Source of the DNA: Candidatus Marinacidobacterales bacterium
GTDB lineage: Bacteria > Acidobacteriota > Vicinamibacteria > Marinacidobacterales > SMYC01
DNA: 64,000 nucleotides
NCBI GenBank assembly: GCA_965224085.1
Contig: CBDCYI010000011.1
Coordinates: 352,001 to 416,000, forward strand
Direction: 5' to 3'
The notes beneath the pieces are model-generated. The model made no database searches. It was given only the letters and a program-made list of their open reading frames with translations, and was not told where the DNA came from. Every line of letters begins with the position of its first letter. Position 1 is the first letter of the stretch. Shown one piece after another: positions 53,604-61,878 of the stretch. Made by a program: the position numbers and the translations under genes.

Positions 53604-55205
53604 ATGCGCATGGAGCCCCTCATGGAGGCCCTCAAGACTGCGGACGGAGAGGAGGTCCGTCTCGAGCCGGGGGAGAGGATTTACATGCTCCGCGCGGGGG
53701 AGAAACGTTTCATCGGCCGCGAGCCCGTTTCGCCTGGCGCGCTGCTTCAGATGGCGAACCAATCGCTCAAGCCGTTCCAGCTCTCGTCGCTCGACACAAA
53801 ACCGCACATCATGGAGCGCGAGCACTTGGATGAAAACTTCCAAGTGGAATTTACAAGACCGAGTGGCGCGATCCAAGTGACGATCCGTCGAACGGTCCCC
53901 GTGGGGGCTGCGGCTCAGACGCCCCCGACAGCCCCGGCTCCATCGATGCCGAGCCCACCGACAGCCTGGCCGGGATCGATGCTGGCTCCGAGTCCGAAAG
54001 CTCCGCCGGCAGCCGCCCCATCCCTGCAGGCGCCCGCGGCCGCCCCATCAGCACCGCCCGTGGCTGCCCCATCAGCGCCGCCCGTGGCAGCGCCGACAAA
54101 ATCGGCCGCAGTGAGCGTAGGGCAACCATCGGGACGGAAAGCCATGGACGAGCTTCTCCGCTTGATGGTGAGTTCCGAAGCCTCGGACCTGCATCTGAGC
54201 GCGGGATCCTGTCCGGTTTTGCGGGTGCACGGAGAGGTCCAATTCCTGAAGGACCGCGGCGTTCTCGAATCGGATACCGTCAAGAATCTCGTATACAGCA
54301 TCTTGGATGACGAAGTTCGCGAGACGTTCCAAGAACATCGCGACGCGGATTGCGCCTATGAGATCCCCGGTTTGTCACGCTTCCGTGTGAACGTGTTCGA
54401 AGACCGCAAGGGTATCGGAACGGTCCTTCGAACCATCCCTGTTGAAATCTTGACCGCCGAGCAGTTGGGTCTTCCGCCAGCCGTCTTGGAGCTGTGTTTT
54501 TTGACGAAAGGGCTCGTGCTCGTCACCGGTCCGACCGGCTCGGGCAAGTCCACGACCTTGGCCGCGATGGTCGATCACATCAACAAGAACCGGGCGGATC
54601 ACATCATCACCATCGAGGACCCGATTGAGTTCGTGCACCAGAATCAGAAATGTCTCATCAATCAGCGGCAGGTCGGCAATCACACGGGATCGTTCAAAGC
54701 GGCGCTTCGCGCAGCGCTCCGCGAAGACCCCGATATCGTCCTCGTGGGCGAGATGCGCGACCTCGAGACCGCGGAGACCGGGCATCTCGTGTTCGGGACC
54801 CTTCATACGTCCACGGCCATGGCGACAGTCGATCGCATCATCGATCAGTTCCCCGCCGATCAGCAGGAGCAGATTCGCACAATGATTGCGAGCTCCCTCA
54901 AGGGCGTGATCGCCCAGGTGTTGTGCAAGAAGAAAGAGGGGGGCCGCGCCGCCGCTCTCGAGATCCTTCTCGGAAACTCGGCGCTCGCGAGCCTCATTCG
55001 CGACGGCAAGACGTTTCAAATTCCATCGATCATGCAGACGTCGAAAGGACAAGGCATGGTTACGATGAACGACGCCCTCATGAAGCTAGTGAAAGCGGGC
55101 AAAGTCGATCCAAAGGAAGCCTGGATGAAGTCGACGGAGAAGACAGGCCTCGTCGGCCTGTTCAAGAGCAACGGGATCAGAGCCGACTTCGCGTCTGAGA
55201 AGTAA
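53604..55205 (+). CDS. pilT: PilT/PilU-family ATPase with extra N-terminal domain and Pro/Ala linker
   Basis: ASDLHL, RFRVN, GPTGSGKST, TIEDPIE, LREDPD, GEMRD, GHLVFGTLH; appears about 7 aa short after GEMRDLET. Confidence 0.85.
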   Translation: MRMEPLMEALKTADGEEVRLEPGERIYMLRAGEKRFIGREPVSPGALLQMANQSLKPFQLSSLDTKPHIMEREHLDENFQVEFTRPSGAIQVTIRRTVPVGAAAQTPPTAPAPSMPSPPTAWPGSMLAPSPKAPPAAAPSLQAPAAAPSAPPVAAPSAPPVAAPTKSAAVSVGQPSGRKAMDELLRLMVSSEASDLHLSAGSCPVLRVHGEVQFLKDRGVLESDTVKNLVYSILDDEVRETFQEHRDADCAYEIPGLSRFRVNVFEDRKGIGTVLRTIPVEILTAEQLGLPPAVLELCFLTKGLVLVTGPTGSGKSTTLAAMVDHINKNRADHIITIEDPIEFVHQNQKCLINQRQVGNHTGSFKAALRAALREDPDIVLVGEMRDLETAETGHLVFGTLHTSTAMATVDRIIDQFPADQQEQIRTMIASSLKGVIAQVLCKKKEGGRAAALEILLGNSALASLIRDGKTFQIPSIMQTSKGQGMVTMNDALMKLVKAGKVDPKEAWMKSTEKTGLVGLFKSNGIRADFASEK

Positions 55206-55254
55206 AAGGGCCAGGCGGCATCGGCCACCGGCCCTCAGGAACTTCCAACGAATC

Positions 55255-56166
55255 TCAGTTGCCGGATTCGGCCTCTGAGAGGGCGGACAAGAACTGCTTC
55301 ACTTCTTCCGCCTGAGCTCCGTTGGGCTCGAGCTCGAGATACTTCTCGAAGTGGCTCTTGGCGCCAGCGTCGTCCTCTTTCTGCGCAGCGAGGGTTCCGA
55401 GAATGTAATGCGCTTGAGGCGATTGCGGCGCATTCGGTTTCGCCGCGAGAAAGTGCGTGAGATGCGTAATGGCCATCTGATGCGCGGCTTCGGCATTTCC
55501 AGAGGATTCTGCGTTCCGAACCGCGACGGAACCCACCATGAAGTGAGCGTCCGGCGCGAACTGATCGTCGGGCTTGAGCTCGAGGAACGTCGTCAGCCGT
55601 TGTGTGGCGGTATCCCATTGCTGCCCGTTGAAGTTGATGCGTCCAGCAAAATAGTACGGACGGGCACGTTTCGGGTCGAGCTGGATGACCTTCGCAAAAG
55701 CGCGCTCAGCTTCCCGGTCGTTCTTAGTTTGCATTTGCGCCATGCCGAGCACGAGCTGCACCTCGGTGTCATTCGGTTTGTTCGAGGCTGCCTTTTGCAG
55801 GAGCGGGATGGCTTTCGCGGGCGCCCTGCTTCTCGCATAGCAGAGCCCACCTTGGCGGTTCGAGAGGTTGATCATGTCGGCGGCGTCGGCATTGTTGCCC
55901 ACCTTCGTGATGAAAGTGTCGAAGTTCGCCGCGCATTTGGCGTAATTCTTCTTGGTTTGATACGCGTAGCCCAAGTAATAATTGCCTGCGAAGAGGTCCC
56001 CGTTCGCCGAGAGCGCTTTTTCACATGATGCTATGATGCCGTCGTTGTCTTTCTCCTTGACGGCTTCCTGGCACGCTAGAAAATCGGCGGCCCCCGGTTG
56101 CTCCTGCTGAGCGAAGGCGGCGCCTGCGACGAGCGTCGCGACGGCCAAGCCTATCCATTTGTTCAT
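55255..56166 (-). CDS. Secreted tetratricopeptide-repeat protein
   Basis: Signal peptide, repeated YYLG/A..P motifs, YLELEPNG. Confidence 0.85.
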   Translation of the reverse strand: MNKWIGLAVATLVAGAAFAQQEQPGAADFLACQEAVKEKDNDGIIASCEKALSANGDLFAGNYYLGYAYQTKKNYAKCAANFDTFITKVGNNADAADMINLSNRQGGLCYARSRAPAKAIPLLQKAASNKPNDTEVQLVLGMAQMQTKNDREAERAFAKVIQLDPKRARPYYFAGRINFNGQQWDTATQRLTTFLELKPDDQFAPDAHFMVGSVAVRNAESSGNAEAAHQMAITHLTHFLAAKPNAPQSPQAHYILGTLAAQKEDDAGAKSHFEKYLELEPNGAQAEEVKQFLSALSEAESGN

Positions 56167-56386
56167 GAAACTGTCTCCTTTGGTCTCGAGCTGAGGCGAA
56201 TTTGCTGGGCTATAGACCATGCCCGAGGAACGCTACCACAAGGACTAGGCAAACCGCAAACCCACCATGCCACACGACCGTCGAGGTCGAGCGCTTTGTG
56301 CTTGCATCAGCGTTCCCAGGGTCATCTTAGCTTAACTTCGCAGGAAGAGCTTGCCCCCCGGGCGAACGCCGTATAGATTCTCTGCC

Positions 56387-57673
56387 GTGGATAAAAGCAG
56401 GCCTATCGCCATCGTTGCCGGGTGCCGGACGCCTTTCGTGAAAGCGGGCGGATTCCTTCGCGACGCGTCCTCGCTCGATCTCGCCAAAGTGGTGCTCGCG
56501 GAGATTCGTCAGCGGGCCGAGCTCCCGGATGGCGCCACCGACCAGGTCGTGCTGGGGACGGTCGTACCGAATCTCCCAATACCCAACATCGCCCGCGAGG
56601 CGGCGCTCGCGGCGGGGTTCCCGGCGACGATCGACGCCTATACCGTGTCCCGCGCGTGCGCGTCGGCGAATCAGGCGATCGCGAGCGCGGCCGAATCGAT
56701 CGCTTCTGGCCAAGCGGAGATCGTCATTGCGGGCGGGACGGAGTCGCTCTCGAATATCCCGATTCCTGTCTCGGGAGCCATGAGCCAGGCGCTTGTTTCG
56801 GCGGGCAAGGCTAAGACGCTAAAAAAACGTCTTGGGGCGTTTCGAGGTTTGAAGCTCAAGGACCTCCTCCCGGTGCCGCCTGCCATTGCGGAATACTCCA
56901 CCGGTCTTACGATGGGGCAGTCCGCGGAGAAGATGGCAAAAGAGAACGGGATCTCGCGAGCATCTCAGGATCGTTTTGCCGCGAAGAGCCACGCGCTCGC
57001 CGCCGCGGCGACCGAGGACGGCCGACTTCCCGCGGAAATGGTGCGCGTCTACCGGCCACCGCGCTACGAGAGCTCGCTCCTGGAAGATGACGGCATCCGC
57101 CGCGATACGAGCGCCGCTGTGCTCGGAGCGCTTCGTCCCGTTTTCGATCGCCGCTTCGGGTCGCTCACGGCAGGCAACTCGTCCCCCCTGACCGACGGCG
57201 CCGCCGCCATCGTCTTGATGCGCAAGGACAAGGCACGGGCGTTGGGCCTCGAGCCGCTCGGAACCGTTCGCTCCTATGCCTTTGCATCCGTCGATCCGTC
57301 GGAGCAGCTCTTGATAGGCCCAGCCTATAGCACGCCCATGGCCCTCGATCGCGCCGGAATCACGCTCTCGGATTTGAACCTGATCGATTTTCATGAGGCC
57401 TTCGCGGCTCAAGTGCTCTCCGTCGTACAAGCGCTCGACTCGAAGACGTTTTGTCGCGAGAAGTTGAACAGAGCGCCGCTCGGAGCCGTGAGTGAAGACA
57501 AGCTCAACGTCGAGGGCGGCTCGATTGCCATTGGACACCCTTTCGGCGCCACGGGCGCGCGCATCACCTTGAGCCTGGTGAACGAGCTTCGTCGGCGCGG
57601 TGGCGGGCTGGGACTCGTGAGCGTATGCGCCGCCGGCGGCATCGGCTTCAGCATGGTGGTCGAGTCCGAGTGA
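56387..57673 (+). CDS. fadI: 3-ketoacyl-CoA thiolase (FadI-like)
   Basis: RTPF, SRACAS, NSSPLTDGA, HEAFA, GGSIAIGHPFGATG, CAAGG. Confidence 0.88.
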   Translation: MDKSRPIAIVAGCRTPFVKAGGFLRDASSLDLAKVVLAEIRQRAELPDGATDQVVLGTVVPNLPIPNIAREAALAAGFPATIDAYTVSRACASANQAIASAAESIASGQAEIVIAGGTESLSNIPIPVSGAMSQALVSAGKAKTLKKRLGAFRGLKLKDLLPVPPAIAEYSTGLTMGQSAEKMAKENGISRASQDRFAAKSHALAAAATEDGRLPAEMVRVYRPPRYESSLLEDDGIRRDTSAAVLGALRPVFDRRFGSLTAGNSSPLTDGAAAIVLMRKDKARALGLEPLGTVRSYAFASVDPSEQLLIGPAYSTPMALDRAGITLSDLNLIDFHEAFAAQVLSVVQALDSKTFCREKLNRAPLGAVSEDKLNVEGGSIAIGHPFGATGARITLSLVNELRRRGGGLGLVSVCAAGGIGFSMVVESE

Positions 57674-58641
57674 AGCCGCTCGAAGGAACACGCATTCTCG
57701 AACTGTGTCGATACGCGCCCGGCCCTTATGCCACCCTCGTCTGTGCGGCTCTCGGGGCGGACGTCGTCAAAGTCGAAGCGCCGCCTGGCGGGGACCCGTT
57801 GCGCGAGCTCGACTCCGTCGCTTTCGGGCGATTGAACGCAGGCAAGAAAAGTATTCTTCTCGACTTGAAGTCGGCCGAAGGCATGACGCGATTCTGGACG
57901 CTCGTGCGAAGCGCGCATGTGCTCGTCGAGAGCTTTCGGCCCGGCGTCATGGAGCGTCTTGGCGTCGGCTTCGAGCACGTGAATCACGAAGCGCCAGCGA
58001 TGATTTATGTCTCGATCTCGGGATATGGGCGCTCGGGCTCTAGACACGATCGGGCCGGCCACGACGTGAATTACATGGCTCGCGCGGGAGCTCTTCACGG
58101 CGCCTGGCGGCCGCTGCCGCTTCAGGTCGCCGATTTCGCCGCTGGCGGGCTCTGCGCCGTCATATCCATCCTCGCCGCTCGCATGGAAGGTACGGGACGC
58201 TATATCGATCTGTCGATGGAGCGAGGCGTCGCCTCCATGATGATGCTAGGGGACGGTAAGGCGGGAGATGTGTTATCGGGCCGCTACCCGAACTACTCGG
58301 TTTATCCGACCGCGGATGGACAGGCGCTGCCGGTGGGTGCTCTGGAGCCGAAGTTCTGGCAGAACTTTTGTGATGTGCTCGAGCGGCCCGATCTCGTCGC
58401 GCGAAAAAGAGATCCAGGAGCGCGCGATGAAGTCGCAGCCATACTCGCGAGCCGGACGGCCGCAGAATGGGAGTCGCGATTCCGTTCATCGGATGCCTGC
58501 GTCGAAAGGGTGGTCTCTCCCGCGGAAGCGCTCGAGAGCTCGCGAGCCTACGAGCTTCCGTTCGGCATGGCGGGGAGAGAGCTCGGAGTCGCGCCCGAAC
58601 TTGGCGAGCACAACGAAGAGATCCAGAGCGCGTTGGGATAA
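57670..58641 (+). CDS. CaiB/BaiF family III CoA transferase (alpha-methylacyl-CoA racemase-like)
   Basis: PGPY, LGADVVKVE, N.GKKS, SFRPGVMERLG, SISGYG, GHDVNY, GALEPKFW. Confidence 0.88.
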   Translation: MKPLEGTRILELCRYAPGPYATLVCAALGADVVKVEAPPGGDPLRELDSVAFGRLNAGKKSILLDLKSAEGMTRFWTLVRSAHVLVESFRPGVMERLGVGFEHVNHEAPAMIYVSISGYGRSGSRHDRAGHDVNYMARAGALHGAWRPLPLQVADFAAGGLCAVISILAARMEGTGRYIDLSMERGVASMMMLGDGKAGDVLSGRYPNYSVYPTADGQALPVGALEPKFWQNFCDVLERPDLVARKRDPGARDEVAAILASRTAAEWESRFRSSDACVERVVSPAEALESSRAYELPFGMAGRELGVAPELGEHNEEIQSALG

Positions 58642-58666
58642 GATCGCCGCCCCGGAGGAGCCGTTC

Positions 58667-60316
58667 TTGCTCAAACCTCGAAGTCTGACCCGCCTCAGGC
58701 AGGTCGCTACGATTTTCATCCGGCACGGCTTCGAGGACGTGCTGCAGAGCTACGACCTTCTCTCGTGGATGGGCTTTCGCCGGCGCCGGCTCAAGAAACC
58801 CGCGGAGCGTCTTCAGAGTCGAGCCGAGAAGTTTCGACTCGCACTCGAAGAAGCCGGGACGACCTATATCAAGCTTGGCCAACTTCTATCGACACGAGCG
58901 GACATCCTGCCAGCCGTCTTCGTCGAAGAGCTCATCCGCCTCCAGGACCGCGTGGAGCCGGTGCCTTTCGAAGGAGTGCGCACCGTCTTGGAGGAAGAAC
59001 TGGGACGCCCGATCGAGGAGGTGTTCGAACGGATCGATCCGGAGCCGGTCGCCACCGCGTCCATCGCTCAAGTCTATCGCGCCCGCTTGCGACCCGGAAT
59101 ATCGCGACTCGAAGGCGATGCGGCGGTAAAGGTCGTCAAACCCGGTGTCGCCGAGCTCGTCCAGGTGGATATGGAAATCCTCTCGGAGCTCGCCGAACGT
59201 TTGTCCCGTTCGACGCTCGCGAGACGCTACGACTTCGAAGCTTTGAGTTCAGAGCTCGACACGACTTTGACGGCTGAGCTCGACCTTCGCCAGGAAGCCA
59301 CGAACACGAAACGCATCCGCGAGTCCATGCGGGAGTTCTCGAATCTCCGCATTCCCGACGTCGCCGAGGAGCTCACGGCGAAGCGTGTGCTCGTGCTCGA
59401 ATATATCGACGGCACCAAGCTCGTCGACGTGGACCAACACCACCCGAGGCTCGCGGACGAGCTCTGGCGCGCCTACCTCAAGCAAATCCTCGTCGACGGC
59501 GCCTTCCAATGCGACCCCCACCCCGGCAACTTTCTTCTCGACCGAGAGGGCAGGCTGGCGATTCTCGACTACGGGATGGTCGCCTACGTCTCCCGGGAGA
59601 ACCAGCTCCGGCTCATGGCGCTTCTCATCACACTCGTGGAGCGTGACGGCGACCGTACGGCGCGCGCGTGTATAGAGATGGGCATTCTCGGAAAGGATTT
59701 CCGAGAGGCCCGATTCCGCGCCGACGTGGGTCACCTGGTCGCCCGTTTCTCCGGGATCACGCTGAAAGACTTGCCCTTTGGGCTCATTGTTCGGGATCTA
59801 CTCGTTTTGTGCGTGCGCAACGATATCCAGATCCCGCCGGAGCTCGTGCTTCTCGGCAAGACGCTTCTGGACCTAGAGCCGATGTGCCGGCGCCTGGACC
59901 CCGAAATGGATCCGGTCGCGACGATGAAAGACGCGGCGGTGCGGCTTCTCGAAGAGCAGATCCGCCGCGACATCAGCAACGAACGGCTCATGGCATTGTT
60001 GCTCGAGCTGCGCTCCCTGCTCTACGACGTGCCGTTGAGTCTTCGGCGGGTATTGACGCAGCTCGCCAATAACGAGCTTCGCGTGGGGATCGAAGTCGAG
60101 AAGGCCGACGAGATGCGGGTCGCTATCCGAGACGTAGCCAACCGCATCACCTTGGGGGTCATCACCGCCGCCTTGATCATGGGCTCCGCGGTGCTCGTCC
60201 GTGCCGGCGCAGGATGGACGATCTTCGACCTACCGGGCGCCGCCCTTTTGGGCTTTCTCATGGCCGCCGGCCTCGGACTCTACGTGGTCTTCCAAATTCT
60301 GACGGGAAAGCATTGA
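58667..60316 (+). CDS. AarF/UbiB/ABC1 atypical kinase
   Basis: IKLGQLLSTR.D, ATASIAQV, VKV, DPHPGN, LDYGMV, two C-terminal TM helices; TTG start after GGAGGAG. Confidence 0.9.
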   Translation: MLKPRSLTRLRQVATIFIRHGFEDVLQSYDLLSWMGFRRRRLKKPAERLQSRAEKFRLALEEAGTTYIKLGQLLSTRADILPAVFVEELIRLQDRVEPVPFEGVRTVLEEELGRPIEEVFERIDPEPVATASIAQVYRARLRPGISRLEGDAAVKVVKPGVAELVQVDMEILSELAERLSRSTLARRYDFEALSSELDTTLTAELDLRQEATNTKRIRESMREFSNLRIPDVAEELTAKRVLVLEYIDGTKLVDVDQHHPRLADELWRAYLKQILVDGAFQCDPHPGNFLLDREGRLAILDYGMVAYVSRENQLRLMALLITLVERDGDRTARACIEMGILGKDFREARFRADVGHLVARFSGITLKDLPFGLIVRDLLVLCVRNDIQIPPELVLLGKTLLDLEPMCRRLDPEMDPVATMKDAAVRLLEEQIRRDISNERLMALLLELRSLLYDVPLSLRRVLTQLANNELRVGIEVEKADEMRVAIRDVANRITLGVITAALIMGSAVLVRAGAGWTIFDLPGAALLGFLMAAGLGLYVVFQILTGKH

Positions 60317-60406
60317 GATTGAGATTGGCCCCCTACCTCCGGCTACCGGCGTCCAAATTTCGCGGCTTCCTTTTGCCGCGAGTAGCCCGACAGCTGGTAG
60401 CGGGTT

Positions 60407-60439
60407 TTGTCGGGCGGGGGCCGATGGCCCCGCCCGACA
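60407..60439. terminator. GC-rich hairpin between convergent genes
   Basis: TGTCGGGCGGGG...CCCCGCCCGACA 12-bp stem. Confidence 0.55.
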
Positions 60440-60442
60440 GGA

Positions 60443-61381
60443 CTACTGTCCCGTGTTTAACTCGACCGACCCCGCGACCGGCCTGCGGGTCGGAGCCTTG
60501 TTCGGGCCGAGAAGCTTGCCGTCGCGCTCGCGGTCCTTGTGCATTGGAAGCAGCGTGACATCAACGCCTATCTCGAATCGGCTTTTGAGCCCGTCGTAGA
60601 CGCTGCCGACTCTCTTGACGTAGTCGAGCGTCTCCGAGGCCGCACGATCGCTGCCCGCGCGGTAATAACCGGCGTTCAGAGGTCCGCCGTTGTACTCCGC
60701 AAGCACCATGTCATGGTCGTTATAGGCCGAGAAGAGGATGTCGAGATAGAGCGCGGCCATCTCCGTGTTCTTTTTCGGATCGTAGAGCATGTCGTCCGAA
60801 TATTCCCAATCGAGCGAACGCGCAAGGAGCCGGCCCGTCGAAGGCCAGATCTGATAGAGACCTTTGGCATTCTTCTCGGATGTGGCCCGTTCGTCGTAAC
60901 CGCTCTCGACGATGCCGATAGACAGGAACATGAGCGGATCCACCGAAGGGTATTTATCCGATGCCACCGTGATCAATGCCGCATATTCGAACGCTTCACT
61001 CAGACTGACGCGGGGATTCGTCCGCATGATTTCGTCCCGGATGCCCAGAAGAAGTTGCTGGCGTTTCGAATCAAAGCTGATGCCGGCATCCAGGTTTTGA
61101 ATTTTCTGCTCGACGCGCCGCATCGTATCGCCCATCTCGTCATTGAGCATACCAACACGATGAAACGCATAGAAGGCGACCGCGACGGTTGTGAATAGGA
61201 GCAGGGTGAGGAAGATCAGCGCCGTCATCTGCCAGCCGGGACCCTTCCGTACGTCGCTGGGCGGTATCTCGCTCTTGGCTTCCTCCTTCCGCGCCACTCC
61301 TGCAGGCGGAAGTCGCCATCGCTCAACGGACTCCGCCAATGCTTCTTCTGTCAATTTGGTACTGTCTTGTGAATGAGCCAT
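60443..61381 (-). CDS. Membrane-anchored lytic transglycosylase (SLT domain)
   Basis: TM helix, coiled coil, IVESG catalytic Glu, GLYQI, AEYNGG, ET.DYV; ATG 8 nt after AGGAGG. Confidence 0.88.
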   Translation of the reverse strand: MAHSQDSTKLTEEALAESVERWRLPPAGVARKEEAKSEIPPSDVRKGPGWQMTALIFLTLLLFTTVAVAFYAFHRVGMLNDEMGDTMRRVEQKIQNLDAGISFDSKRQQLLLGIRDEIMRTNPRVSLSEAFEYAALITVASDKYPSVDPLMFLSIGIVESGYDERATSEKNAKGLYQIWPSTGRLLARSLDWEYSDDMLYDPKKNTEMAALYLDILFSAYNDHDMVLAEYNGGPLNAGYYRAGSDRAASETLDYVKRVGSVYDGLKSRFEIGVDVTLLPMHKDRERDGKLLGPNKAPTRRPVAGSVELNTGQ

Positions 61382-61385
61382 TCCT

Positions 61386-61698
61386 GAACCCTCCTGGAGG
61401 AGCTCCACTCGCTCCCTCCGCTATTCGCGGGGGTGACCGACTAACTATGTGGGCCCAATGGGGCCCTACAAGGGGTTTCCAGGCGTCGAAGCGCCGGGCA
61501 CTGGTGTGCCGGCCCTCCGGGAGCAAGCTGGGAAGCTCGCACCGCCGAGACGACCCCGTTTCGTCTCGGCCCAACTCGGACGGGGAGCTTATCGATTCCC
61601 CATCTTGTCCAGCGCGCATGATCCTTACATTCAAAGAAGATCCTGGGGCGCACTACATTCTGTGGCCCCAGACGTAATCAACCCCAGATGTTGGATTG
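61386..61698 (-). ncRNA. Candidate structured 5' leader RNA
   Basis: About nine hairpins and a closing stem; G-U pairs favour the minus strand; no known family recognised. Confidence 0.5.
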
Positions 61699-61704
61699 CG
61701 CGGG

Positions 61705-61733
61705 AGTATAACATCGACCCCTCCCCGCGTCTA
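61705..61733 (-). promoter_or_regulatory. Sigma70-type promoter for the leader and SLT gene
   Basis: TAGACG-17 bp-TATACT with extended -10 TG. Confidence 0.6.
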
Positions 61734-61878
61734 CAGTAATTCTAGGAGTGTGGGTAAATACCCTCGGTGGAATCCCCACCGCGTACCATCCATAAATCCC
61801 TCTTCTTTCTTAGCTTGGAAGGGCCTTCCTTGCCGCTTGTAGGGGAAAACAGACAGTGAACTTTTTTCGCCGTCTGCG

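Noticed and set aside
61386-61698. c-di-AMP or c-di-GMP riboswitch, tmRNA, RNase P or 6S as identity of the leader
   Set aside because: Their conserved sequence motifs were not visible by eye; an Rfam scan is still needed
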